64,000 nt of DNA from Eledone cirrhosa (taxonomy: Eukaryota), in assembly GCA_964016885.1 (NCBI GenBank), contig OZ024740.1:442680001-442744000 (forward strand). Direction: 5' to 3'. The notes below the pieces were generated by a model. That model was given only the letters and a program-made list of their open reading frames with translations. It was not told the DNA's origin and made no database searches. Position numbers and translations under genes: made by a program. Of this stretch, positions 27,915 through 38,900 are shown one piece after another (positions within the stretch are counted from its first letter, which is position 1; every line of letters begins with the position of its first letter).

Positions 27915-28692
27915 ATATTTGCCGGGTTTACTTCTTAGCTTCATACTGTTTTATAAACAACACGAATTGTCCTAAAATATTTTGATTTTCCAATATAGGA
28001 TATTTCAGTAGGTATATCGGAAAACGCCAGCAGTACTTGCTCCTCTGAGGGGAAAAGAAACTTCGGATTTCCAAAGATATGGGATTTTTCATTTCTTTAT
28101 TTTCTTCCACATTAAAACCGATAATACAGCTGTTGTCTTTATCAAGTAACATTTCTATGCATTAGTACGTTCTTTATAATAACTAAAGTCTAGAACTGAT
28201 TAGGGAGTGAAAGGAAGACAAGCTTTGGTTTGTCATTGGAAAGTTTGAAATCAATTGAGGAAATATTTATATTTGTTGATAAATATGTCCGAAAGCCAGT
28301 ACAATGCAACAGAAGCCAATCTGTTTTATATAAAAAATAGATCAGTATTACTTGGAGGAGAGTGGCTTCTATGAATGCTTCACGCATGCGCAATCTATAC
28401 ACTTGGACCAGTTAGGGAAGGACACATCGTTCTGTTTTTATTTACATTTGAAAAGAGGATTTTAACCTTGAAATATTGTGTTGAAACATACTGGGTAAGA
28501 AAAACATTGTTTTGTTTTATTTGTCATCTCTTTATGTCTACCTCATTGTACCGGCTTTCTGATAACTTCCTCAGATATATCAATAATTTATTACATACCT
28601 GAGAATGTTTCATATTGATTAGACTATTTATGTTTGTGTTATGGAAGTTGTTGTTACCGACCTTATTAAAATTATGGTTATTCATGTTATAA

Positions 28693-28944
28693 GACCCAGC
28701 TTTCGTCACCTGACAAACCGAAGAATGCAAGCTCTTGAAATATCGGTCGCTTTCCGAAAGGTTTATCATTAAATCTATAGCGGTGGAAACTTCTGGCATG
28801 TTGGGTCCCAGAATTATTTCCCTACTCACTACTATCGGGGCAGAGTTGGCCACACGCAACAATGAACACTTCAAGCTGGAATAACGCTCTTTGCGCAGTT
28901 CCATTGCCATCCACCGGGGTAACACCTTTTCAATTCTGCTATAA
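28693..28944 (+). mobile_element. Decayed CRE-clade-like non-LTR retrotransposon fragment (C-terminal restriction-like endonuclease region)
   Basis: Manual translation from 28720 gives EECKLLKYRSLSERFIIKSIAVETSGMLGPRIISLLTTIGAELATRNNEHFKLE*RSLRSSIAIHRGNTFSILL*. This fits the CRE C-terminal pattern E..K..KY......F.P.AVET.G..G...........G..............R.SIA.QRGNA.SIL. In-frame stops lie at 28711 and 28882. Confidence 0.75.
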
Positions 28945-29180
28945 CCACCATTATTGTCCTCAATCATCACACAAACTCTTTACTTACCTCATCCTTCATC
29001 TTTTATTCCATCTGTTTCCAATATCCCAACATATCTATCATCTTCAATACATTTCATCATGTCACCTTCCGACATAGCAATTTCTTCTCTTCGGTCAGAT
29101 TTCCCCCTCTTCATAATCAGCACAATATAAATTCTATCTTGACATCATCTCAAAATATCCAAGCTGTCTATTTCAGCTTC

Positions 29181-29183
<3 letters not shown>
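28945..29183 (-). mobile_element. Decayed R4/Dong-like non-LTR retrotransposon fragment (RT C-terminus/thumb)
   Basis: Manual minus-strand translation across frameshifts gives SEAEIDSL / IF*DDVKIEF / IVLIMKRGKSDRREEIAMSEGDMMKCIEDDRYVGILETDGIK / MKDEVSKEFV**LRTIM. This matches the post-YMDD segment of R4/Dong RTs (..IFS.DI.MEFG..KCAVL.MKRGK...YKYLGILE.D.IK...MK....KEY.RRLR.IL). Confidence 0.75.
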
Positions 29184-29211
<28 letters not shown>

Positions 29212-29236
29212 CTTCTTCTTCTTCTTCTTCTTCTTC
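29182..29236. repeat. (CTT)18 perfect microsatellite
   Basis: Uninterrupted CTT run seen directly. Confidence 0.97.
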
Positions 29237-29625
29237 ATCATATCAGCATCATCATCACCACTAACACCATCACTACCATTAACATTACTGCATTTACCAC
29301 TACCACAAACAATACCACTAATATTACCACTACTACTAACACTACCACTACCAATACCACTATCACTATTACTACCACTACCACTACCACCACAACCAGT
29401 ACCAACACTACCACTAATATTACCACTACTACTAACACTACCACTACCACTACCAATACCACTATCACTATTACTACCTCTACCACTACCACTAATACTA
29501 CCACTACCACTACCACTAATACTATCACTACCACTACCACTAATACTACCACTACCACTACCACTAATAGAACCATTACCACTACCACTAATACTACCAC
29601 TACCACTACAGCTAATAACAACAAT
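29237..29625. repeat. Compound, degenerate trinucleotide microsatellite (CAT/ACT/ACC/AAT, locally (ACCACT)n)
   Basis: Low-complexity triplet-phased tract seen directly. It produces the poly-Val and Gly-Ser pseudo-ORFs on the minus strand. Confidence 0.93.
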
Positions 29626-29757
29626 TCGCTCCAAAACTCATCTTTCCCAAATCGGTGAGAGAAACAAACATGGTCAAAATGACCCGCAACAATTTTACCA
29701 GAGCCATGAACATCATAAGTTGTCCGGAATGTGTCTTCAGCTAAATTTAGGGTAGCA

Positions 29758-29880
29758 AATCCTATATAACTGTTTCTACATTTGGCACAAGGCCAACAAT
29801 TACCCAGTACATTACTGGTACTCTATTTTATCGACCCCGTAAGGATGAAAGGCAAAGTGAACCTCGGCGGGATTTGAACT
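29758..29880 (-). mobile_element. SINE, 5'-truncated at the B box, short-tail variant
   Basis: The reverse complement reads AGTTCAAATCCCGCCGAGGTTCACTTTGCCTTTCATCCTTACGGGGTCGATAAAATAGAGTACCAGTAATGTACTGGGTAATTGTTGGCCTTGTGCCAAATGTAGAAACAGTTAT, homologous to 25711-25849 and 25516-25621. Confidence 0.85.
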
Positions 29881-29931
29881 ACTGGGATTATTGCTGGCCT
29901 TGTGCCAAAAGTAGAAACAGTTATTAGGATT
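29881..29931 (+). mobile_element. Isolated SINE 3' tail, inverted relative to the adjacent copy
   Basis: ACTGGGATTATTGCTGGCCTTGTGCCAAAAGTAGAAACAGTTATTAGGATT is a near-perfect reverse complement of 29758-29808. Confidence 0.8.
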
Positions 29932-29961
29932 ATTGTCTTTTCTTTTCCATCAGTATTGTTT

Positions 29962-32900
29962 CCGTTATATACCGAGTGTCTTCCTGACACCCAGGGCAAG
30001 TAAACCCCGTTATATAGCGAGTGTCTTCCTGACACCCAGGGCAAGTAAACCCCGTTATATACCGAGTGTCTTCCTGACACCCAGGGCAAATAAACCCCGT
30101 TATATACCGAGTGTCTTCCTGACACCCAGGGCAAGTAAACCCCGTTATATACCGAGTGTCTTCCTGACACCCAGGGCAAGTAAACTCCGTTATATACCGA
30201 GTGTCTTCCTGACACCCAGGGCAAGTAAACTCCGTTATATACCAAGTGTCTTCCTGACACCCAGGGCAAGTAAACTCCGTTATATACCAAGTGTCTTCCT
30301 GACACCCAGGGCAAGTAAACCCCGTTATATACCGAGTGTCTTCCTGACACCCAGGGCAAGTAAACTCCGTTATATACCGAGTGTCTTCCTGACACCCAGG
30401 GCAAGTAAACTCCGTTATATACCGAGTGTCTTCCTGACACCCAGGGCAAGTAAACTCCGTTATATACCAAGTGTCTTCCTGACACCCAGGGCAAGTAAAC
30501 CCCGTTATATACCGAGTGTCTTGCTGACACCCAAAGCAAGTAAACCGCGTTATATACCGAGTGTCTTCCTGACACCCAGGGCAAGTAAACCCCGTTATAT
30601 ACCGAGTGTGTTCCTGAAACCCAGGGCAAGTAAACCCCGTTATATACCGAGTGTCTTCTTGACACCCAGGGCAAGTAAACCCCGTTATATACCGAGTGTC
30701 TTCTTGACACCCAGGGCAAGTAAACCCCGTTATATACCAAGTGTCTTCCTGACACCCAGGGCAAGTAAACTCCGTTATATACCAAGTGTCTTCCTGAAAC
30801 CCAGGGCAAGTAAACCCCGTTATATACCGAGTGTCTTCTTGACACCCAGGGCAAGTAAACCCCGTTATATACCGAGTGTCTTCTTGACACCCAGGGCAAG
30901 TAAACCCCGTTATATACCGAGTGTCTTCTTGAAACCCAGGGCAAGTAAACCCCGTTATATATACCGAGTGTCTTCTTGACACCCAGAGCAAGTAAACCCC
31001 GTTATATACCGAGTGTCTTCCTGACACCCAGGGCAAGTAAACCCCGTTATATACCGAGTGTCTTCCTGACACCCAGGGCAAGTAAACTCCGTTATATACC
31101 GACTGTCTTCCTGACACCCAGGGCAAGTAAATCCCGTTATATACCGAGTGTCTTCCTGACACCCAGGGCAAGTAAACTCCGTTATATACCGAGTGTCTTC
31201 CTGACACCCAGGGCAAGTAAACCCCGTTATATACCGAGTGTCTTCCTGACACCCAGGGCAAGTAAACTCCGTTATATAACGAGTGACTTCCTGACACCCA
31301 GGGCAAGTAAACTCCGTTATATACCGAGTGTCTTCCTGACACCCAGGGCAAGTAAACCCCGTTATATACCGAGTGTCTTCCTGACACCCAGGGCAAGTAA
31401 ACCCCGTTATATACCGAGTGTCTTTCTGTCACCCAGGGCAAGTAAACTCCGTTAGATACCGAGAGTCTTCTTGACACCCAGGGCAAGTAAACCCCGTTAT
31501 ATACCGAGTGTCTTCCTGACACCCAGGGCAAGTAAACCCCGTTATATACCGAGTGTCTTTCTGTCACCCAGGGCAAGTAAACTCCGTTAGATACCGAGAG
31601 TCTTTCTGACACCCAGGGCAAGTAAACCCCGTTATATGCCGAGTGTCTTCCTGACACCCAGGGCAAGTAAACCCCGTTATATACCGAGTGTCTTCTTGAC
31701 ACCCAGGGCAAGTAAACCCCGTTATATACCGAGTGTCTTCTTGACACCCAGGGCAAGTAAACCCCGTTATATACCAAGTGTCTTCCTGACACCCAGGGCA
31801 AGTAAACCCCGTTATATACCGAGTGTCTTCTTGACACCCAGGGCAAGTAAACCCCGATATATACCGAGTGTCTTCCTGACACCCAGGTCAAGTAAACTCC
31901 GTTATATACCGAGTGTCTTCCTGACACCCAGTGCAAGTAAACCCCGTTATATACCGAGTGTCTTCCTGACACCCAGGGCAAGTAAACCCCGATATATACC
32001 GAGTGTCTTCCTGACACCCAGGGCAAGTAAACCCCGTTACATACCGAGTGTCTTGTTGAAACCCAGGGCAAGTAAACCCCGATATATACCGAGTGTCTTC
32101 CAGACACCCAGGGCAACTAAACTCCTTTATATATCAAGTGTCTTCCTGACACCCAGGGCAAGTAAACTCCGTTATATACCGAGTGTCTTCCTGACACCCA
32201 AGGCAAGTAAACTCCGTTATATACCGAGTGTCTTCCTGACACCCAGGGCAAGTAAACTCCGTTATATACCGAGTGTCTTCCTGAAACCCAGGGCAAGTAA
32301 ACCCCGTTACATACCGAGTGTTTTCCTGACACCCAGGGCAAGTAAACCCCGTTATATACCGAGTGTCTTCCTGACACCCAGGGCAAGTAAACTCCGTTAT
32401 ATACCGACTGTCTTCCTGACACCCAGGGCAAGTAAACCCCGTTATATACCGAGTGTCTTCCTGACACCCAGGGCAAGTAAACTCCGTTATATACCGAGTG
32501 TCTTCCTGACACCCAGGGCAAGTGAACCCCGTTATATACCGAGTGTCTTCCTGACACCCAGGGCAAGTAAACTCCGTTATATACCGAGTGTCTTCCTGAC
32601 ACCCAGGGCAAGTAAACCCCGTTATATACAGAGTGTCTTCCTGACACCCAGGGCAAGTAAACTCCTTATATAACGAGTGACTTCCTGACACCCAGGGCAA
32701 GTAAACCCCGTTATATGCCGAGTGTCTTCCTGATACCCAGGGCAAGTAAACCCCGTTATATACCGAGGGTCTTCTTGACACCCAGGGCAAGTAAACCCCG
32801 TTATATACCAAGTGTCTTCCTGACACCCAGGGCAAGTAAACCCCGTTATATACCGAGTGTCTTCTTGACACCCAGGGCAAGTAAACCCCGATATATACCG

Positions 32901-35900
32901 AGTGTCTTCCTGACACCCAGGTCAAGTAAACTCCGTTATATACCGAGTGTCTTCCTGACACCCAGTGCAAGTAAACCCCGTTATATACCGAGTGTCTTCC
33001 TGACACCCAGGGCAAGTAAACCCCGATATATACCGAGTGTCTTCCTGACACCCAGGGCAAGTAAACCCCGTTACATACCGAGTGTCTTGTTGAAACCCAG
33101 GGCAAGTAAACCCCGATATATACCGAGTGTCTTCGAGACACCCAGGGCAACTAAACTCCTTTATATATCAAGTGTCTTCCTGACACCCAGGGCAAGTAAA
33201 CTCCGTTATATACCGAGTGTCTTCCTGACACCCAAGGCAAGTAAACTCCGTTATATATCGAGTGTCTTCCTGACACCCAGGGCAAGTAAACTCCGTTATA
33301 TACCGAGTGTCTTCCTGAAACCCAGGGCAAGTAAACCCCGTTACATACCGAGTGTTTTCCTGACACCCAGGGCAAGTAAACCCCGTTATATACCGAGTGT
33401 CTTCCTGACACCCAGGGCAAGTAAACTCCGTTATATACCGACTGTCTTCCTGACACCCAGGGCAAGTAAACCCCGTTATATACCGAGTGTCTTCCTGACA
33501 CCCAGGGCAAGTAAACTCCGTTATATACCGAGTGTCTTCCTGACACCCAGGGCAAGTGAACCCCGTTATATACCGAGTGTCTTCCTGACACCCAGGGCAA
33601 GTAAACTCCGTTATATACCGAGTGTCTTCCTGACACCCAGGGCAAGTAAACCCCGTTATATACAGAGTGTCTTCCTGACACCCAGGGCAAGTAAACTCCT
33701 TATATAACGAGTGACTTCCTGACACCCAGGGCAAGTAAACCCCGTTATATGCCGAGTGTCTTCCTGATACCCAGGGCAAGTAAACCCCGTTATATACCGA
33801 GGGTCTTCTTGACACCCAGGGCAAGTAAACCCCGTTATATACCAAGTGTCTTCCTGACACCCAGGGCAAGTAAACCCCGTTATATACCGAGTGTCTTCTT
33901 GACACCCAGGGCAAGTAAACCCCGATATATACCGAGTGTCTTCCTGACACCCAGGGCAAGTAAACTCCGTTATATACCGAGTGTCTTCCTGACACCCAGT
34001 GCAAGTAAACCCCGTTATATACCGAGTGTCTTCCTGACACCCAGGGCAAGTAAACCCCGATATATACCGAGTGTCTTCCTGACACCCAGGGCAAGTAAAC
34101 CCCGTTACATACCGAGTGTCTTGTTGAAACCCAGGGCAAGTAAACCCCGATATATACCGAGTGTCTTCCAGACACCCAGGGCAACTAAACTCCTTTATAT
34201 ATCAAGTGTCTTCCTGACACCCAGGGCAAGTAAACTCCGTTATATACCGAGTGTCTTCCTGACACCCAAGGCAAGTAAACTCCGTTATATACCGAGTGTC
34301 TTCCTGACACCCAGGGCAAGTAAACTCCGTTATATACCGAGTGTCTTCCTGAAACCCAGGGCAAGTAAACCCCGTTACATACCGAGTGTTTTCCTGACAC
34401 CCAGGGAAAGTAAACTCCGTTATATACCGAGTGTCTTCCTGACACCCAGGGCAAGTAAACCCCGTTATATACCGAGTGTCTTCCTGACACCCAGGGCAAG
34501 TAAACCCCGTTATATACCGAGTGTCTTCCTGACACCCAGGGCAAGTAAACTCCGTTATATACCGAGTGTCTTCCTGACACCCAGGGCAAGTAAACTCCGT
34601 TATATACCAAGTGTCTTCCTGACACCCAGGGCAAGTAAACTCCGTTATATACCAAGTGTCTTCCTGACACCCAGGGCAAGTAAACCCCGTTATATACCGA
34701 GTGTCTTCCTGACACCCAGGGCAAGTAAACTCCGTTATATACCGAGTGTCTTCCTGACACCCAGGGCAAGTAAACTCCGTTATATACCGAGTGTCTTCCT
34801 GACACCCAGGGCAAGTAAACTCCGTTATATACCAAGTGTCTTCCTGACACCCAGGGCAAGTAAACCCCGTTATATACCGAGTGTCTTGCTGACACCCAAA
34901 GCAAGTAAACCGCGTTATATACCGAGTGTCTTCCTGACACCCAGGGCAAGTAAACCCCGTTATATACCGAGTGTGTTCCTGAAACCCAGGGCAAGTAAAC
35001 CCCGTTATATACCGAGTGTCTTCTTGACACCCAGGGCAAGTAAACCCCGTTATATACCGAGTGTCTTCTTGACACCCAGGGCAAGTAAACCCCGTTATAT
35101 ACCAAGTGTCTTCCTGACACCCAGGGCAAGTAAACCCCGTTATATACCAAGTGTCTTCCTGAAACCCAGGGCAAGTAAACCCCGTTATATACCGAGTGTC
35201 TTCTTGACACCCAGGGCAAGTAAACCCCGTTATATACCGAGTGTCTTCTTGACACCCAGGGCAAGTAAACCCCGTTATATACCGAGTGTCTTCCTGAAAC
35301 CCAGGGCAAGTAAACCCCGTTATATATACCGAGTGTCTTCTTGACACCCAGAGCAAGTAAACCCCGTTATATACCGAGTGTCTTCCTGACACCCAGGGCA
35401 AGTAAACCCCGTTATATACCGAGTGTCTTCCTGACACCCAGGGCAAGTAAACTCCGTTATATACCGACTGTCTTCCTGACACCCAGGGCAAGTAAATCCC
35501 GTTATATACCGAGTGTCTTCCTGACACCCAGGGCAAGTAAACTCCGTTATATACCGAGTGTCTTCCTGACACCCAGGGCAAGTAAACCCCGTTATATACC
35601 GAGTGTCTTCCTGACACCCAGGGCAAGTAAACTCCGTTATATAACGAGTGACTTCCTGACACCCAGGGCAAGTAAACTCCGTTATAAACCGAGTGTCTTC
35701 CTGACACCCAGGGCAAGTAAACCCCGTTATATACCGAGTGTCTTCCTGACACCCAGGGCAAGTAAACCCCGTTATATACCGAGTGTCTTTCTGTCACCCA
35801 GGGCAAGTAAACTCCGTTAGATACCGAGAGTCTTCTTGACACCCAGGGCAAGTAAACCCCGTTATATACCGAGTGTCTTCCTGACACCCAGGGCAAGTAA

Positions 35901-38900
35901 ACCCCGTTATATACCGAGTGTCTTTCTGTCACCCAGGGCAAGTAAACTCCGTTAGATACCGAGAGTCTTCCTGACACCCAGGGCAAGTAAACCCCGTTAT
36001 ATGCCGAGTGTCTTCCTGACACCCAGGGCAAGTAAACCCCGTTATATACCGAGTGTCTTCTTGACACCCAGGGCAAGTAAACCCCGTTATATACCGAGTG
36101 TCTTCTTGACACCCAGGGCAAGTAAACCCCGTTATATACCAAGTGTCTTCCTGACACCCAAGGCAAGTAAACCCCGTTATATACCGAGTGTCTTCTTGAC
36201 ACCCAGGGCAAGTAAACCCCGATATATACCGAGTGTCTTCCTGACACCCAGGTCAAGTAAACTCCGTTATATACCGAGTGTCTTCCTGACACCCAGTGCA
36301 AGTAAACCCCGTTATATACCGAGTGTCTTCCTGACACCCAGGGCAAGTAAACCCCGATATATACCGAGTGTCTTCCTGACACCCAGGGCAAGTAAACCCC
36401 GTTACATACCGAGTGTCTTGTTGAAACCCAGGGCAAGTAAACCCCGATATATACCGAGTGTCTTCCAGACACCCAGGGCAACTAAACTCCTTTATATATC
36501 AAGTGTCTTCCTGACACCCAGGGCAAGTAAACTCCGTTATATACCGAGTGTCTTCCTGACACCCAAGGCAAGTAAACTCCGTTATATACCGAGTGTCTTC
36601 CTGACACCCAGGGCAAGTAAACTCCGTTATATACCGAGTGTCTTCCTGAAACCCAGGGCAAGTAAACCCCGTTACATACCGAGTGTTTTCCTGACACCCA
36701 GGGCAAGTAAACCCCGTTATATACCGAGTGTCTTCCTGAAACCCAGGGCAAGTAAACTCCGTTATATACCGACTGTCTTCCTGACACCCAGGGCAAGTAA
36801 ACCCCGTTATATACCGAGTGTCTTCCTGACACCCAGGGCAAGTAAACTCCGTTATATACCGAGTGTCTTCCTGACACCCAGGGCAAGTGAACCCCGTTAT
36901 ATACCGAGTGTCTTCCTGACACCCAGGGCAAGTAAACTCCGTTATATACCGAGTGTCTTCCTGACACCCAGGGCAAGTAAACCCCGTTATATACAGAGTG
37001 TCTTCCTGACACCCAGGGCAAGTAAACTCCTTATATAACGAGTGACTTCCTGACACCCAGGGCAAGTAAACCCCGTTATATGCCGAGTGTCTTCCTGATA
37101 CCCAGGGCAAGTAAACCCCGTTATATACCGAGGGTCTTCTTGACACCCAGGGCAAGTAAACCCCGTTATATACCAAGTGTCTTCCTGACACCCAGGGCAA
37201 GTAAACCCCGTTATATACCGAGTGTCTTCTTGACACCCAGGGCAAGTAAACCCCGATATATACCGAGTGTCTTCCTGACACCCAGGTCAAGTAAACTCCG
37301 TTATATACCGAGTGTCTTCCTGACACCCAGTGCAAGTAAACCCCGTTATATACCGAGTGTCTTCCTGACACCCAGGGCAAGTAAACCCCGATATATACCG
37401 AGTGTCTTCCTGACACCCAGGGCAAGTAAACCCCGTTACATACCGAGTGTCTTGTTGAAACCCAGGGCAAGTAAACCCCGATATATACCGAGTGTCTTCC
37501 AGACACCCAGGGCAACTAAACTCCTTTATATATCAAGTGTCTTCCTGACACCCAGGGCAAGTAAACTCCGTTATATACCGAGTGTCTTCCTGACACCCAA
37601 GGCAAGTAAACTCCGTTATATACCGAGTGTCTTCCTGACACCCAGGGCAAGTAAACTCCGTTATATACCGAGTGTCTTCCTGAAACCCAGGGCAAGTAAA
37701 CCCCGTTACATACCGAGTGTTTTCCTGACACCCAGGGCAAGTAAACCCCGTTATATACCGAGTGTCTTCCTGACACCCAGGGCAAGTAAACTCCGTTATA
37801 TACCGACTGTCTTCCTGACACCCAGGGCAAGTAAACCCCGTTATATACCGAGTGTCTTCCTGACACCCAGGGCAAGTAAACTCCGTTATATACCGAGTGT
37901 CTTCCTGACACCCAGGGCAAGTGAACCCCGTTATATACCGAGTGTCTTCCTGACACCCAGGGCAAGTAAACTCCGTTATATACCGAGTGTCTTCCTGACA
38001 CCCAGGGCAAGTAAACCCCGTTATATACAGAGTGTCTTCCTGACACCCAGGGCAAGTAAACTCCTTATATAACGAGTGACTTCCTGACACCCAGGGCAAG
38101 TAAACCCCGTTATATGCCGAGTGTCTTCCTGATACCCAGGGCAAGTAAACCCCGTTATATACCGAGGGTCTTCTTGACACCCAGGGCAAGTAAACCCCGT
38201 TATATACCAAGTGTCTTCCTGACACCCAGGCCAAGTAAACCCCGTTATATACCGAGTGTCTTCTTGACACCCAGGGCAAGTAAACCCCGATATATACCGA
38301 GTGTCTTCCTGACACCCAGGGCAAGTAAACTCCGTTATATACCGAGTGTCTTCCTGACACCCAGTGCAAGTAAACCCCGTTATATACCGAGTGTCTTCCT
38401 GACACCCAGGGCAAGTAAACCCCGATATATACCGAGTGTCTTCCTGACACCCAGGGCAAGTAAACCCCGTTACATACCGAGTGTCTTGTTGAAACCCAGG
38501 GCAAGTAAACCCCGATATATACCGAGTGTCTTCCAGACACCCAGGGCAACTAAACTCCTTTATATATCAAGTGTCTTCCTGACACCCAGGGCAAGTAAAC
38601 TCCGTTATATACCGAGTGTCTTCCTGACACCCAAGGCAAGTAAACTCCGTTATATACCGAGTGTCTTCCTGACACCCAGGGCAAGTAAACTCCGTTATAT
38701 ACCGAGTGTCTTCCTGAAACCCAGGGCAAGTAAACCCCGTTACATACCGAGTGTTTTCCTGACACCCAGGGAAAGTAAACTCCGTTATATACCGAGTGTC
38801 TTCCTGTCACCCAGGGCAAGTAAACCCCGTTATATACCGAGTGTCTTCCTGAAACCCAGGGCAAGTAAACCCCGTTACATACCGAGTGTTTTCCTGACAC

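Noticed and set aside
28524-28970. 148-aa minus-strand ORF with an in-frame donor-like CAG|GTATGT at 28599/28598
   Set aside because: It is mostly the antisense of the CRE-like fragment and starts inside the R4/Dong fragment. No recognisable protein and no supported acceptor. Exonisation cannot be excluded without RNA-seq.
29179-29634. Gly-Ser/poly-Lys and poly-Val ORFs
   Set aside because: They are translations of microsatellite tracts.
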